Translations under genes and position numbers: made by a program
The notes under the pieces: model-generated
What the model was told of the DNA's origin: nothing
Databases searched by the model: none
Seen by the model: only the letters and a program-made list of their open reading frames with translations
In this document: one piece after another, positions 42,601-51,867 of the stretch
How positions within the stretch are numbered: the first letter of the stretch is position 1
How the letters are laid out: each line of letters opens with the position of its first letter
NCBI GenBank assembly: GCA_019654055.1
Contig: BPDA01000003.1
Coordinates: 161 to 64,160 of the forward strand
From: Methanobacteriota archaeon
Lineage (GTDB): Archaea; Thermoplasmatota; Poseidoniia; Poseidoniales; Thalassarchaeaceae
Direction of reading: 5' to 3'
DNA: 64,000 bases

Positions 42601-43074
42601 TCATAGCAGCAGGGCTGCCTCCTCGGTCACTCGCTTGAACATGTTGAGGAAGCCGTTGGCCCTGCTCGGGGTCAGCGAGGATCGGATGCCCATCTCCTCT
42701 GCGTAGTCTGGCTCCATCCCAGCCACGTCCGCTGGGTCCATTCCGTTTACGGCCATTGCCGTCACCGCCATCAGACCCTGTACGATCTGGGCGTCGGCAC
42801 CTCCACGCAGCAGGAATCCCCCGCTCTCGTCGGCCGTGCATATCACATGCGCTCTGGACTGGCAGCCGTGAACCTGATTGTCATCGTCCCACTCCTCTTG
42901 GGGCAGTGGCGACGGGTGCCTCTTGGAGTAGGAGAACAGAAGCTCGTAGCGCTCCATCGCATCGAAGCAGGCCTGGAACTCCTCGACCACCGCATCGAGG
43001 TGCTCGGGCCACCTCCTGCTTCCATCCATGTTACCTCGTCCTAGGGGCCCGCCTTGAACATGACTAGCGGTCAT
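42601..43074 (-). CDS. sufE: cysteine desulfuration protein SufE
   Basis: 157 aa with the SufE-like HGCQSRAHV active-site Cys loop and ADAQIVQGLMAV. The start overlaps the sufS stop by 4 nt. Confidence 0.8.
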   Translation of the reverse strand: MTASHVQGGPLGRGNMDGSRRWPEHLDAVVEEFQACFDAMERYELLFSYSKRHPSPLPQEEWDDDNQVHGCQSRAHVICTADESGGFLLRGGADAQIVQGLMAVTAMAVNGMDPADVAGMEPDYAEEMGIRSSLTPSRANGFLNMFKRVTEEAALLL

Positions 43075-44297
43075 GCGAATCTGTCGACGACCTCTTCGAG
43101 GTACTGCACGAATGACTCGGCCTCGCCCATGGTGTTGTAAATCCAGAACGAGGCGCGGTTCGTCGAAGGCACTCCCAACGCGTCCATCAGCGGCTGGGCG
43201 CAGTGATGGCCGGTCCTGACCGCGAAGCCTCCCTCGTCCAGCAGCAGTGCTAGGTCCTGCGACTGTATGTCCTCGTGCAGGAAGGAGACCGCCCCACTGC
43301 TGTCCTCCCTGTCCGGGTCGCCGTAGATTCTAATCCCAGGGATCTCCCTCATCCTAGACGCGGTCCACGAGGCGATGTCGTTGATGTGCTCGTGCACCTC
43401 TCTCATGTCAAACTGGTCGAGCCATTCGACAGCGGCCCCCCAGCCTATCGCCTCCGCGATTCGGGGTGTTCCGGTCTCGAACATAGCGTGGCCTTCCTGG
43501 AACGTCGAGCCCTCGGTCGAGACTCGCTTAATCATCGACCCGCCAGTCATGAACGGGCCCATCTCGGCCATCGCGTCGCGTCTGACGAGCAGGCAGCCTA
43601 TGCCAGTGGGCCCAGCCATCTTGTGAGCAGATATGGCGACGAAGTCCGCCCCCAGTGAGTCGAAGTCGATTCTCTCGTGTGGGGCCCCCTGGGCGCAGTC
43701 TATGAGCACCCGCGCGCCGGCGGCATGCGACATCTCGATGATATTCTCTATCGGATTGCGCACGCCCAGGACATTGCTGGTGTGGACGACGCAGACCAGA
43801 GAGGCGCCTTCGATAGCCACTTCGAAGGCATCCATGTCGAGAGTGAATGACGCGGTGTCGATGGGCACATACCTGACCTCGATACCGTTGTCGACGGACA
43901 TCTGCTGCCAAGGAACGATGTCCGCGTGGTGCTCCATCTCGGTCAGGACGACGACATTGCCCTCGCTGAGGTTCTCCCTCGCCCAGCCGTAGGCTGCCAG
44001 GTTGATCGCCTCGGTAGCCCCGCTGGTGTAGATCATCTGGTCGGGGGAGGTTCCGAAGTACGAGGATATTCGCTCCCTTGCGCCCTCCAGCGCCGTGGTC
44101 GCCTCGTCGGCGAGGGTGTGATTGGCCCTGTGCGCATTGGAGTTGTAGTGCTCGTAATACTCGCTCATGGCGTCAATAACGCACTGCGGCTTCTGAGAGG
44201 TCGCAGCGTTGTCGAAGTAGACGAGTCTCTTGCCGTTCGGCAGCGTTCGCGCGAGGATGGGGAAATCAGCACGTATATCCTCGATGTCCAAAGCCAT
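43071..44297 (-). CDS. sufS: cysteine desulfurase, SufS type
   Basis: 408 aa with PLP-Lys context ISAHKMAGPTGIGCL and the catalytic loop RTGHHCAQP. Confidence 0.9.
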   Translation of the reverse strand: MALDIEDIRADFPILARTLPNGKRLVYFDNAATSQKPQCVIDAMSEYYEHYNSNAHRANHTLADEATTALEGARERISSYFGTSPDQMIYTSGATEAINLAAYGWARENLSEGNVVVLTEMEHHADIVPWQQMSVDNGIEVRYVPIDTASFTLDMDAFEVAIEGASLVCVVHTSNVLGVRNPIENIIEMSHAAGARVLIDCAQGAPHERIDFDSLGADFVAISAHKMAGPTGIGCLLVRRDAMAEMGPFMTGGSMIKRVSTEGSTFQEGHAMFETGTPRIAEAIGWGAAVEWLDQFDMREVHEHINDIASWTASRMREIPGIRIYGDPDREDSSGAVSFLHEDIQSQDLALLLDEGGFAVRTGHHCAQPLMDALGVPSTNRASFWIYNTMGEAESFVQYLEEVVDRFA

Positions 44298-44355
44298 CGC
44301 TGTCCCTCGGTCATTTCGAACCGATGGTCCGATATCAAGTAGCGCCCGGGCGTGG

Positions 44356-46485
44356 ATGGCTCATACGGGCAAACCCAATAACTTGGACAGGGCATGTTAC
44401 CGCGTGAGCAAGGTCCCAGCCTCCTCCGTTCTCGTATCGATGCTGGTGCTCTCGCTGGCCTTCACCGCAGTTGCTCAAACCGTGCCTCCGCCCGAGTGGT
44501 CAGACGCCGTCACAGCCGGTGGGTGGTGGGAGGACCAAGTCACCGACATCGCGGTAGACCCCGGCACGGGTGACGTAATCGTCGTTGGCACTTTCCTGTA
44601 CAATCTCCATCTGGGGCCCTACGTCCTCTCCTCGGTGCCTCATGTCACGATGGGTAACGCGAGTGACATCTTCGTGGCGAAGCTCTCCGGTTCCGAGTGG
44701 AAATGGGCTGTCTCCGCGGGAGGGGGGGACCACGACTGGGCCAACTCGATTGCCATCGACTCCAATGGCGACGCGTACGTGGCCGGGGGCTTCATGTCAA
44801 ACAATAGCTCGTTCGACCAGTTCACACTGGCCAACGCGGATCAGACTCCTAGGACAGGACTGGTTTCCCAGCCCACCTCAGACGGATTCTTGGCGAAGAT
44901 CAGCAAGGAGGGTAACTGGCAGTGGGTCGAATCATTCTCCGGCCCCGGTTCAGAAGAGGTCTCCGAGGTATCAGTAGGGCCGAACGACAAGGTGGTGGCT
45001 GCCGGCACCTTCCATTCATCCAGCATGCATTTCAGAGGGAACAAGTCACTCTCCAACAGCGGAATGAATGGGACCGCGGACATCTTCGTCATCAAGCTCG
45101 ACGGCAACGGCTCGCACGTCTGGCACACCCAGGTCTTGGGGTCGCATGACGAGGTGGTGCAGGGGATGGCCATCCACGAATACGGGGATGTGATGCTCAC
45201 CGGCTACTTCCTCGACCAAGCGGCGTACTTCACGCCGTACAAGGCAATCAACTCCAAACCGGGCTACTCAGAGGCCTTCGTCGCCAGACTATCTCCCTCT
45301 GGATTATGGTCATGGGTCGCTGTGGCTGGCGGGGAACGAGGTGACGAGGGGGTCGACTTGGATGTGGACTCCAACGGCATGACCTACGTAATCGGTCGAT
45401 TCGGTTCAGACTCCATCGGATTCCGAGACCCCAGTAACCTCTCTGTGTCCAAACTCGACAACACGGTGCAGGTTGGCTCGACAGACGTCTTCGTAGCCAA
45501 GCTGGATGGGGCTGGAAACTGGCTGTGGGTCGTCGGCATAGAGGGCGAAGGCACCGATGATGCTGGTGGCATCACGGTGATTGAGGAGTGCGGCTCCTCA
45601 GTAGAGAGTGGTGGAGATGCTGGCTCGTCCTCACAGAGCGGGTGCGTGACCGGTGCGGTCGTGGCAGGTGGCTTCTACTCGTTGAGCTATGTCTTCGGCA
45701 ATACTATCTTGCAACATTCGGCGGCTACCTCCCATCAAGACATGTACCTTGCTGGAATCTCCGAAAATGGCAGTTGGCAGTGGGCGATATCGGGCGGGAT
45801 GGCAAAGTGGCCCGAGTACTTCGCGCTGGAGAACCACTACGGGACCATTCACATCGCAGGCTCTTTCGCGGTGGGCAAGGTGACTCTGGGGGAGTACGAC
45901 ATGCACAACTGGGACGAGAACAGCACCTACCAGTGGCCCGACGGCTTCGTCGCCTCCCTTGAGTACCCGCCACCGCCTCCCCCGGCAGGGTGCACGGACT
46001 CGCAAGCCATCAACTGGGATCCGCTTGCTCAGGTCGACGACGGTTCTTGCGAGTACGACAACGACGGTGACGGAATCGGCGACAACTCCGATGACGATGA
46101 CGATGACGATGGTTTCAACGATGTAATCGAGGTTTTCTGCGACACCGACCCCTTGGATTCCGACTCATACCCCTTGGACTCGGACTCGGACGGGATCTGC
46201 GACTTCATGGACGACGATAGCGACAACGACGGTCTGCTCGATGGGGAAGAGATAGAGTATGGAACTGATCCGATGAACCCGGACTCGGACGGGGATGGAT
46301 TCTATGACGGAGACGAAGTTCTGGGAGGACATGACCCGCTGGATGCCGAGGATTATCCCCTGCGCCTGTGCTGCCTCCCTCCCAGTCCCCTTGTGTCGGC
46401 ATTGCCGGTGATTCTGGTCGGGCTATTGATTGCACTATTCCTCTGGAGGAGGAAGAAGGTAAAATCGACTGAATCGGACGATTAG
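44356..46485 (+). CDS. secreted SBBP-like beta-propeller protein with Cys module, TSP3-like repeats and C-terminal TM anchor
   Basis: Signal SSVLVSMLVLSLAFTAVAQ. SBBP-like blades (IAIDSNGDAYVAGGF, LDVDSNGMTYVIGRF). GCTDSQAINWDPLAQVDDGSCEY. DNDGDGIGDNSDDDDDDDG, DSDSDGICD and DSDGDGFYD repeats. C-terminal TM ALPVILVGLLIALFLW. The ORF is open from 44230 but that start would overlap sufS, so ATG 44356 is preferred. Confidence 0.7.
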   Translation: MAHTGKPNNLDRACYRVSKVPASSVLVSMLVLSLAFTAVAQTVPPPEWSDAVTAGGWWEDQVTDIAVDPGTGDVIVVGTFLYNLHLGPYVLSSVPHVTMGNASDIFVAKLSGSEWKWAVSAGGGDHDWANSIAIDSNGDAYVAGGFMSNNSSFDQFTLANADQTPRTGLVSQPTSDGFLAKISKEGNWQWVESFSGPGSEEVSEVSVGPNDKVVAAGTFHSSSMHFRGNKSLSNSGMNGTADIFVIKLDGNGSHVWHTQVLGSHDEVVQGMAIHEYGDVMLTGYFLDQAAYFTPYKAINSKPGYSEAFVARLSPSGLWSWVAVAGGERGDEGVDLDVDSNGMTYVIGRFGSDSIGFRDPSNLSVSKLDNTVQVGSTDVFVAKLDGAGNWLWVVGIEGEGTDDAGGITVIEECGSSVESGGDAGSSSQSGCVTGAVVAGGFYSLSYVFGNTILQHSAATSHQDMYLAGISENGSWQWAISGGMAKWPEYFALENHYGTIHIAGSFAVGKVTLGEYDMHNWDENSTYQWPDGFVASLEYPPPPPPAGCTDSQAINWDPLAQVDDGSCEYDNDGDGIGDNSDDDDDDDGFNDVIEVFCDTDPLDSDSYPLDSDSDGICDFMDDDSDNDGLLDGEEIEYGTDPMNPDSDGDGFYDGDEVLGGHDPLDAEDYPLRLCCLPPSPLVSALPVILVGLLIALFLWRRKKVKSTESDD

Positions 46486-46497
46486 AGCGGATGTTTA

Positions 46498-46974
46498 TTG
46501 TTCAGCACCCCCCTCCGGCCAATCATGGCGGGACCTGCTGGGCAGGATACGGTCGAGCGGCTCGGAAGTCGTGACCTCAATCTGGATGGGGAAATTATCA
46601 ATCTCGCAATAGTGGGGTCGAGCAGATTCTACGACTTCATGGTCTTCGAGGGAGCGGTCGAGTCATGGGTGGAAGAGAACGGCTACCCGGACATGATTAT
46701 CGTCGGTGGAGCGAGTGGTGTTGACTACATGGCCGAGCGCTGGGCTGACAACAACTCAGTTCCGCTTGCTGTATTTACTGAGGAGTGGAGTGATCCCAAC
46801 AGGAGTCTGGTTGACAGAGGTAGGACCGAGGCCGCAAACACCCTAACTGAGAAAATTCTGAGTGGGGCCTCACATATCCTAGCGATGCCGTCCCCAACTA
46901 GCAAGTGGACAAGAATAGTGATTGAACAGGCAACCTCCAGAGGCATTCCTACGGATGTTCATGAAGTTGAATGA
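46498..46974 (+). CDS. SLOG-fold DUF2493-like protein
   Basis: 158 aa with MIIVGGASGVDYMAERWADNNSVP...FTEEW, which matches the DUF2493 G-G-A-x-G-x-D...W-A pattern. Confidence 0.55.
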   Translation: MFSTPLRPIMAGPAGQDTVERLGSRDLNLDGEIINLAIVGSSRFYDFMVFEGAVESWVEENGYPDMIIVGGASGVDYMAERWADNNSVPLAVFTEEWSDPNRSLVDRGRTEAANTLTEKILSGASHILAMPSPTSKWTRIVIEQATSRGIPTDVHEVE

Positions 46975-46975
46975 T

Positions 46976-47053
46976 TGGTGCTCCTGTCGGGATTCGAACC
47001 CGAGTCGCCGGGATGAAAACCCGGAATGATGGGCCGTGCTACACCACAGGAGC
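46976..47053 (-). tRNA. tRNA-Glu (TTC), CCA encoded
   Basis: Reverse complement GCTCCTGTGGTGTAGCACGG...CCGGGTTTTCATCCCGG...GGTTCGAATCCCGACAGGAGCACCA, with anticodon loop TTTTCAT. Confidence 0.88.
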
Positions 47054-47091
47054 GACGAGGTTACGACAGCCGTCCCCCCCATAACGATTCG

Positions 47092-49323
47092 TCACGGAGG
47101 GTTGCCCGATCCTGCGGTGGTGATAGTCTGCGATTCGGGCGTGCCGTCTTGGTCGGAATCTATGGTGATGACCGTGACGGTGATGCCTTGGGATGTGCCG
47201 CCGACATAGTCAATCTGGAATCCGACCCAAGTGCTGTTGGTGTGGTAAGCATGTCCATGAGAGTTGATGTTCCACTCAAACACGGAGTGCGAGAGGTAGG
47301 CCTCCTGCAGAACCTCGATGTTGCCGGAGGAAGAGAGCGAGAGGTTTCTCGCGTGCCAGATGTTGATATTGGCCGCGGTAGTCACGTTGCCGTCAGCGTT
47401 GTCATCCCTCTGCCCCATGTAGTGACGGTGGAACACCCTACGGTTGAGGAAGCTGTCATTGTCGGTGTCAGTTGCCTGCCAGGTCCGGCTCAGGTAGTGG
47501 TAGGTGTCGGGACTACCGTCTGAGTTGTTGTCCCACGAAGTCAGTTCATTGACCACGATGCGAATTCTATGGGGCTGGTGCAACGAATTGCGCCACACCT
47601 CCATCGAGCGAGTCTCCTCGGTCTGGAAGGTCCAGCCATGGGCGTGCTGATCTAGGTAGGAGGTCTCTCGGACCCTCCTGAAGATGTGCTCCTCGAAACC
47701 GTCCTCGTTGGAGTCCCACCACGTCAGGGTAGCGGTGTATGACTCACGCTGCTCGAGATGGTGGTCGAAGTCCCAGTCAGTCGCATTGGACATGTGTATG
47801 GTTCTCTGCTTCCACTCAAGTGTCCCATCCGCATCGTCGTCGACCATGCGAGTCAGTGCGAATCGGTGGATGTGGTGCTCCACCATCCCCCAGTCCCAAT
47901 GTTGGTGCCAGCCTCGCATGCGGGCGGTGTAGTCGAGGTCGCCGTCGTGGTCGGTGTCTACCTTGAGTACCCCTGCTCGCCAAGTCCACTGTAGTTCAAT
48001 GACGCCGTTGGAGTCGTTGTCGAACTGAACGGTGTTCTGCTGAAGCGCGCGGACCACATCGACGTTGCCGTCGGAGTTAGTGTCCCTGACTACGACCGCT
48101 CGCAGGTTGTCGCGATGGCGATCGGCGTTGCCGTCCTCTGTGGGGTCCCAGACCCATGAGGTGTGGTCGATTGCCATCCAGCGCTCGGGCGTGCCGTCAT
48201 CGTTGCCATCGATGCGATGGATGAGTCGGGAGTGCGAAAAGTAGGCGGTCAGGACCAAGCCGATGCCCTGATCGACCATCCTGCGGTCCTGGTTCAGGAT
48301 GACTCTGCGCTCCAGATTGCCGTCTTGATCGGCATCGGTCCGGGCATGCACGAACAGGTGTATGTTTACGTCCTCGTAGGTACCGTTGTCCCAAGTCCAC
48401 ACGGTTCTGGTCAGGACGTCGTGCCGCTCGGGGATGCCGTCCGAGTTCTGATCGACCAAGTCGAGTCCCCTGAAGCGCGTGAAGAAGAGATCATCCTGAC
48501 CGTCGCCGTCGCGGTCGTGCGAGCACTGGGTGTTGCGAACCAGTATGATTCGCTCGGGCCCCGGGATGCCGTCCGAGTCGAACCAGAACACGCCTACAGT
48601 CCTGTGGCATAGGGTCTCGGCGACCCCGTCGTTGTCCCAGTCCTCCCAGAAGCTGTCGTTCCACCACGTGGCCGTCACCTGCGAGATGGAACGAGAGTAG
48701 GTCTGCTCTTGCATCGAGGAGTCGTCAATGTCTCCCCAGGCCTCGTCGAACACTGGGTCGACTATCTCAGTCCTCGCTGTGTTTTCGAATGGAATCGGGG
48801 CGAGTTCGTCCTCCGAGGGAGCCTCGTCCTCGTTGACGACGCTGCTCTGAATCATCAGGGGGTCACTCGGGATGGCGTCGGCCTCCTCCTCGTCACCGAC
48901 CTCGTCACGCACCGAATCCTCGTCGGTGGTAACCCAATCATCCACCTCCTGGTCGTCGTCGTAGTGGCCATCCCCATCAGGGTCGAAGTCGGATTGCCAA
49001 TCGTACTCCTCATCATCCTGAGCATCGGTGACCTCGTCTACGGTGCCGTCGCCGTCGGGGTCGAGCTCCTGCTCGACCTCGTCATCAAGCTGCTCCTCGG
49101 CCTCGCCCTCCAGCTCTTCCTGAAGCTGGGCGGCCTCGAGGTCGTCGGCGACCGATACCACCTCGACGTGGAACACACGCTCGGTGGATATCCCGGTCGG
49201 CCCGGTGGCAGTTACTCGGACCACGTACACACCCTCCTCCAAGTACTGGTGAGACTCCTCGGCAAGGGCGGGCTCGGACGTCGAACTGTCACCCCACTCG
49301 ATGGAGACGGAGACGGGACCCAA
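47092..49323 (-). CDS. giant secreted protein, C-terminal fragment: PKD end, acidic linker, ~15 spaced D-x-D/N-x-D-G Ca-binding-loop repeats
   Basis: The PKD end is VSVSIEWGDSSTS..VYVVRVTATG. Repeated loops include DNDGVAE, DRDGDGQDD, DQNSDGIPERH, DADQDGNLERR, DGNDDGTPERW, DTNSDGNVD, DTDHDGDLD, DDDADGTLE, DNNSDGSPD and DSDQDGTPE. The listed TTG start is an artefact of the split. Confidence 0.7.
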   Translation of the reverse strand: MGPVSVSIEWGDSSTSEPALAEESHQYLEEGVYVVRVTATGPTGISTERVFHVEVVSVADDLEAAQLQEELEGEAEEQLDDEVEQELDPDGDGTVDEVTDAQDDEEYDWQSDFDPDGDGHYDDDQEVDDWVTTDEDSVRDEVGDEEEADAIPSDPLMIQSSVVNEDEAPSEDELAPIPFENTARTEIVDPVFDEAWGDIDDSSMQEQTYSRSISQVTATWWNDSFWEDWDNDGVAETLCHRTVGVFWFDSDGIPGPERIILVRNTQCSHDRDGDGQDDLFFTRFRGLDLVDQNSDGIPERHDVLTRTVWTWDNGTYEDVNIHLFVHARTDADQDGNLERRVILNQDRRMVDQGIGLVLTAYFSHSRLIHRIDGNDDGTPERWMAIDHTSWVWDPTEDGNADRHRDNLRAVVVRDTNSDGNVDVVRALQQNTVQFDNDSNGVIELQWTWRAGVLKVDTDHDGDLDYTARMRGWHQHWDWGMVEHHIHRFALTRMVDDDADGTLEWKQRTIHMSNATDWDFDHHLEQRESYTATLTWWDSNEDGFEEHIFRRVRETSYLDQHAHGWTFQTEETRSMEVWRNSLHQPHRIRIVVNELTSWDNNSDGSPDTYHYLSRTWQATDTDNDSFLNRRVFHRHYMGQRDDNADGNVTTAANINIWHARNLSLSSSGNIEVLQEAYLSHSVFEWNINSHGHAYHTNSTWVGFQIDYVGGTSQGITVTVITIDSDQDGTPESQTITTAGSGNPP

Positions 49324-50090
49324 AGGGTCCTCTGCTTCGGTTTCGATGCTAAGTTCACCAGCCAGATTGAGGTGGATACGGCCTTGGGGGATGGATTGGT
49401 GGATACTGTTAGAGACGGGGCCTGGGCGTCATCGACCCTGATTGATCCCTGCGCGGTGGCCAAGAAGCCCGAAGGGTCGGTTGCCGAGACGTGGACCGAA
49501 TAGATCCCCGGCTCGCCCCAGATGTGCTGGCCCGACAGGTCTCGGAGGGTGGTTCCATCCGAGAAGTCGACCTCGACGACCAACTCGTCCCCGTCTGGGT
49601 CCGACGCTTCGACGGACCAAGCGACCGGGGCGCCCGCTATGCCCTCAGATGGGAGATCGAGGGAGATGATGGGAGCCCTGTTTGGCTCTAGCAGAGTGAA
49701 TATCACAGCCGCTACCGTTGTAGCGCCCATGGAGTCGGTGAGTTCTACCTCGATGGTGTGAGTGCCCACGGAAAGGAAACCCGCGTCGTAGGTCAGGCTG
49801 TTTGAAGTCTGAGAGAGAGCCCCATCGAGACGCCAGTTGGCGATGAAGGGGGCTGTGCCCTCCTCGATGACGGCGTTGGCGATAATCAGGTCGTTGGCCG
49901 TGGTCGGGGAGCCTTCGAGGACCACGCTGGCGGAAACCACGGTGGGTTCGGGCTGCTCGATAATCTCGTCAGTGGCACCCAAGCACCCAGAGCTCAACAT
50001 CAGAGCCACTAGGAACAGACCAGTCTGGATTCGGCGGGTGTTGTTGTCTCGGGTAGTCCTGTACATCGAACTTAGGGCGTCACTTCCCAC
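49212..50090 (-). CDS. N-terminal fragment of the same protein: lipoprotein signal plus PKD-like domains (authentic to ~49420)
   Basis: Signal/lipobox LFLVALMLSSGC. PKD-like segments (HTIEVELTDSMGAT; WSVEASDPDGDELVVEVDFSDGT..GIYSVHVSATDPSG). After the GGGG run 49417-49420 the text becomes S/P-rich nonsense, while the PKD domain continues in another frame. Confidence 0.7.
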   Translation of the reverse strand: MGSDALSSMYRTTRDNNTRRIQTGLFLVALMLSSGCLGATDEIIEQPEPTVVSASVVLEGSPTTANDLIIANAVIEEGTAPFIANWRLDGALSQTSNSLTYDAGFLSVGTHTIEVELTDSMGATTVAAVIFTLLEPNRAPIISLDLPSEGIAGAPVAWSVEASDPDGDELVVEVDFSDGTTLRDLSGQHIWGEPGIYSVHVSATDPSGFLATAQGSIRVDDAQAPSLTVSTNPSPKAVSTSIWLVNLASKPKQRTLWVPSPSPSSGVTVRRPSPPLPRSLTSTWRRVCTWSE

Positions 50091-50118
50091 CTTAAAGGAA
50101 AGTGGGTCATCGGATTTG

Positions 50119-51129
50119 TCAAGGCCTCAGTGAGAGAGGCTCGACGAGCGTCGACCACAGCCTCAGGCCCTCCTCGGTCAGCTCTCGATTAGTCCTCAGG
50201 CCCCTCCTTCTGCGAGTAATCAGACCCTGGGACTCTAGCCTCTTGAGGTGGTGTCCCACCAACTGCTGGCTGGTACCGATGGTGGATGCCAGTTCCCTCT
50301 GCGTAGGGGGAGTCTCGCCCCCCTCCTGCTCCGCGATTGAACGCAGCACCATCAGAGCCACGTCACTCAGTTGGCTGGCATCTATCGGGCGAGGCAGGCT
50401 TGACGTCTCCGCGGCACGGTCGACGGCTGATGTATAGTAGCGCAATAGGCGGCCGTCGCGCCTGCACCACACCTTACCCTCGATCTCCAGGATTCTAAGG
50501 TGGTGCACTGCCTGATGGTTGCCCATCTCGAGTGCGCGTATGATGCCAGAGAGGTGGCATCCGGGGTGTGCGGTCAGGAAACCCTCGAGTCGACCCCTCT
50601 GGTATGTCCCGGCTAGGGTTCCCGTGCCCTCTGAGACCCTGAGTTGCGAGAAGCGTCCCATCGACCTGACCATCTTCGCCCTAGTCGGCTCATCGCCAGC
50701 CGAGACGAGTGCGAGCGATAGTAGGACTATCGCCATGAAAGCAGGGGCCCAGGGCAGTGCAGGGACCGAGATGGGCGTGATTCCTCGTTCCGTCTCCTGA
50801 CCTGACTCCTCGTTGTCCTGACTGCCTAATCCAGTTGACCAAGCGTCTTCGATGAGCCAGGTCCCTTCCAAGGCACCAGCCAGTGCGACGCCAATCGTGC
50901 GACCCTCGACAGGACTGAGGAACAGCCCCGGCTGCGGCTGAGGCTCGTGCAGTAGACCATCGGAGTCCTCCAGCATCCAGACCCCGGGCGTCGTGCGCAC
51001 CCACGTGGCCTCCTGATCGGCTGCTGCCGCGGGTGCGGAAACGACTAGGACTGCGAACATCAAGAACGCCATGGGAAACACGCGACTGGTCCGCGCTGAC
51101 GCCCCTAGCATGGTGAGTCGGAGATTCAC
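50119..51129 (-). CDS. membrane-anchored double winged-helix (MarR/ArsR-like) putative transcription regulator with extracytoplasmic N-terminal domain
   Basis: Signal FPMAFLMFAVLVVSAPAAAA, then a ~100-aa ectodomain and TM LPWAPAFMAIVLLSLALV. Two wHTH units follow (LSGIIRALEMGNHQAVHHLRILEIEGKV; QRELASTIGTSQQLVGHHLKRLESQGLI). Confidence 0.55.
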   Translation of the reverse strand: MNLRLTMLGASARTSRVFPMAFLMFAVLVVSAPAAAADQEATWVRTTPGVWMLEDSDGLLHEPQPQPGLFLSPVEGRTIGVALAGALEGTWLIEDAWSTGLGSQDNEESGQETERGITPISVPALPWAPAFMAIVLLSLALVSAGDEPTRAKMVRSMGRFSQLRVSEGTGTLAGTYQRGRLEGFLTAHPGCHLSGIIRALEMGNHQAVHHLRILEIEGKVWCRRDGRLLRYYTSAVDRAAETSSLPRPIDASQLSDVALMVLRSIAEQEGGETPPTQRELASTIGTSQQLVGHHLKRLESQGLITRRRRGLRTNRELTEEGLRLWSTLVEPLSLRP

Positions 51130-51162
51130 GTATGGGTTAAGCGTCTTGGGTCGTCGTGTTTG

Positions 51163-51816
51163 TCAGGATTGATTCTCACTGTGTCCCTCGCCGGCTAGGT
51201 CCGACCACCAACCTATCATCGGCACGAACAGCGCCAGACCCACAATCCCGCCGACAAGCCAAACCAGAGGATTCTCCAGCAGACCGAGGAAGTCCTCGCC
51301 CCATAGCCCAAGGAGCAATCCCTCCATCCCGAACCTAATCCCTCGGCCGAACAGACCTGCTGCTACGAACAGTCTGAGGTCCATCCTGCCGGCTCCCGCA
51401 GCCCAAGCGAGGGCCTTGTAGGGAATCGGGGAGACCGCGGCTAGGAATATGCCCGCAGACCCGTACCTGTCTATCAGGGTATCCAGCCTAGCTACCGTGG
51501 CATCGCTGGCGAAGCGCTCCAGTATCGGCCTACCGGCATAGGCGCCAATTCCATATCCGGCCACTGCGCCAATTACACTCGAGACGGTAGCAACAAGGAC
51601 GATGGTCAGGATATCTAGGGAACTATCCGCACCGAGGACCATCGGGATTACCAATAGGTCGGGAGGTGCTGGCTGAAGGGCCGCTTCTGAGGCCGACACG
51701 ATGGCGAGTCCCAGTAGGCCGAAGCCCTCTGCCCACTCGATTATCGAGTCGGTGATTCCATTCAACACGCACCTTCGTCCGTCCTTTTCGGGATGAACGT
51801 TGCTTCCCGCGGACAC
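51163..51816 (-). CDS. DedA/VTT-family (YqaA-like) membrane protein
   Basis: 217 aa and polytopic. The N-terminal GLLGLAIVSASEAALQPAPPDLLVIPMVL resembles YqaA/DedA entry motifs. Confidence 0.55.
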   Translation of the reverse strand: MSAGSNVHPEKDGRRCVLNGITDSIIEWAEGFGLLGLAIVSASEAALQPAPPDLLVIPMVLGADSSLDILTIVLVATVSSVIGAVAGYGIGAYAGRPILERFASDATVARLDTLIDRYGSAGIFLAAVSPIPYKALAWAAGAGRMDLRLFVAAGLFGRGIRFGMEGLLLGLWGEDFLGLLENPLVWLVGGIVGLALFVPMIGWWSDLAGEGHSENQS

Positions 51817-51867
51817 CGGCCAGGCTCAGAGGCGACCCCTGAAAGCGGGGCCGACCTACGCCTAGGC

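Noticed and set aside
44230-44355. Upstream start (44230) for the SBBP/TSP3 surface protein. Similarly, the extended starts for purE (21762), gcvPB (24273), the nob1-like gene (51793) and the 31442..32152 gene (32152).
   Set aside because: The extensions overlap neighbouring genes on the opposite or same strand, add basic, low-complexity leaders ahead of clear signal peptides or conserved N-termini, and internal ATG/GTG codons give family-typical lengths.
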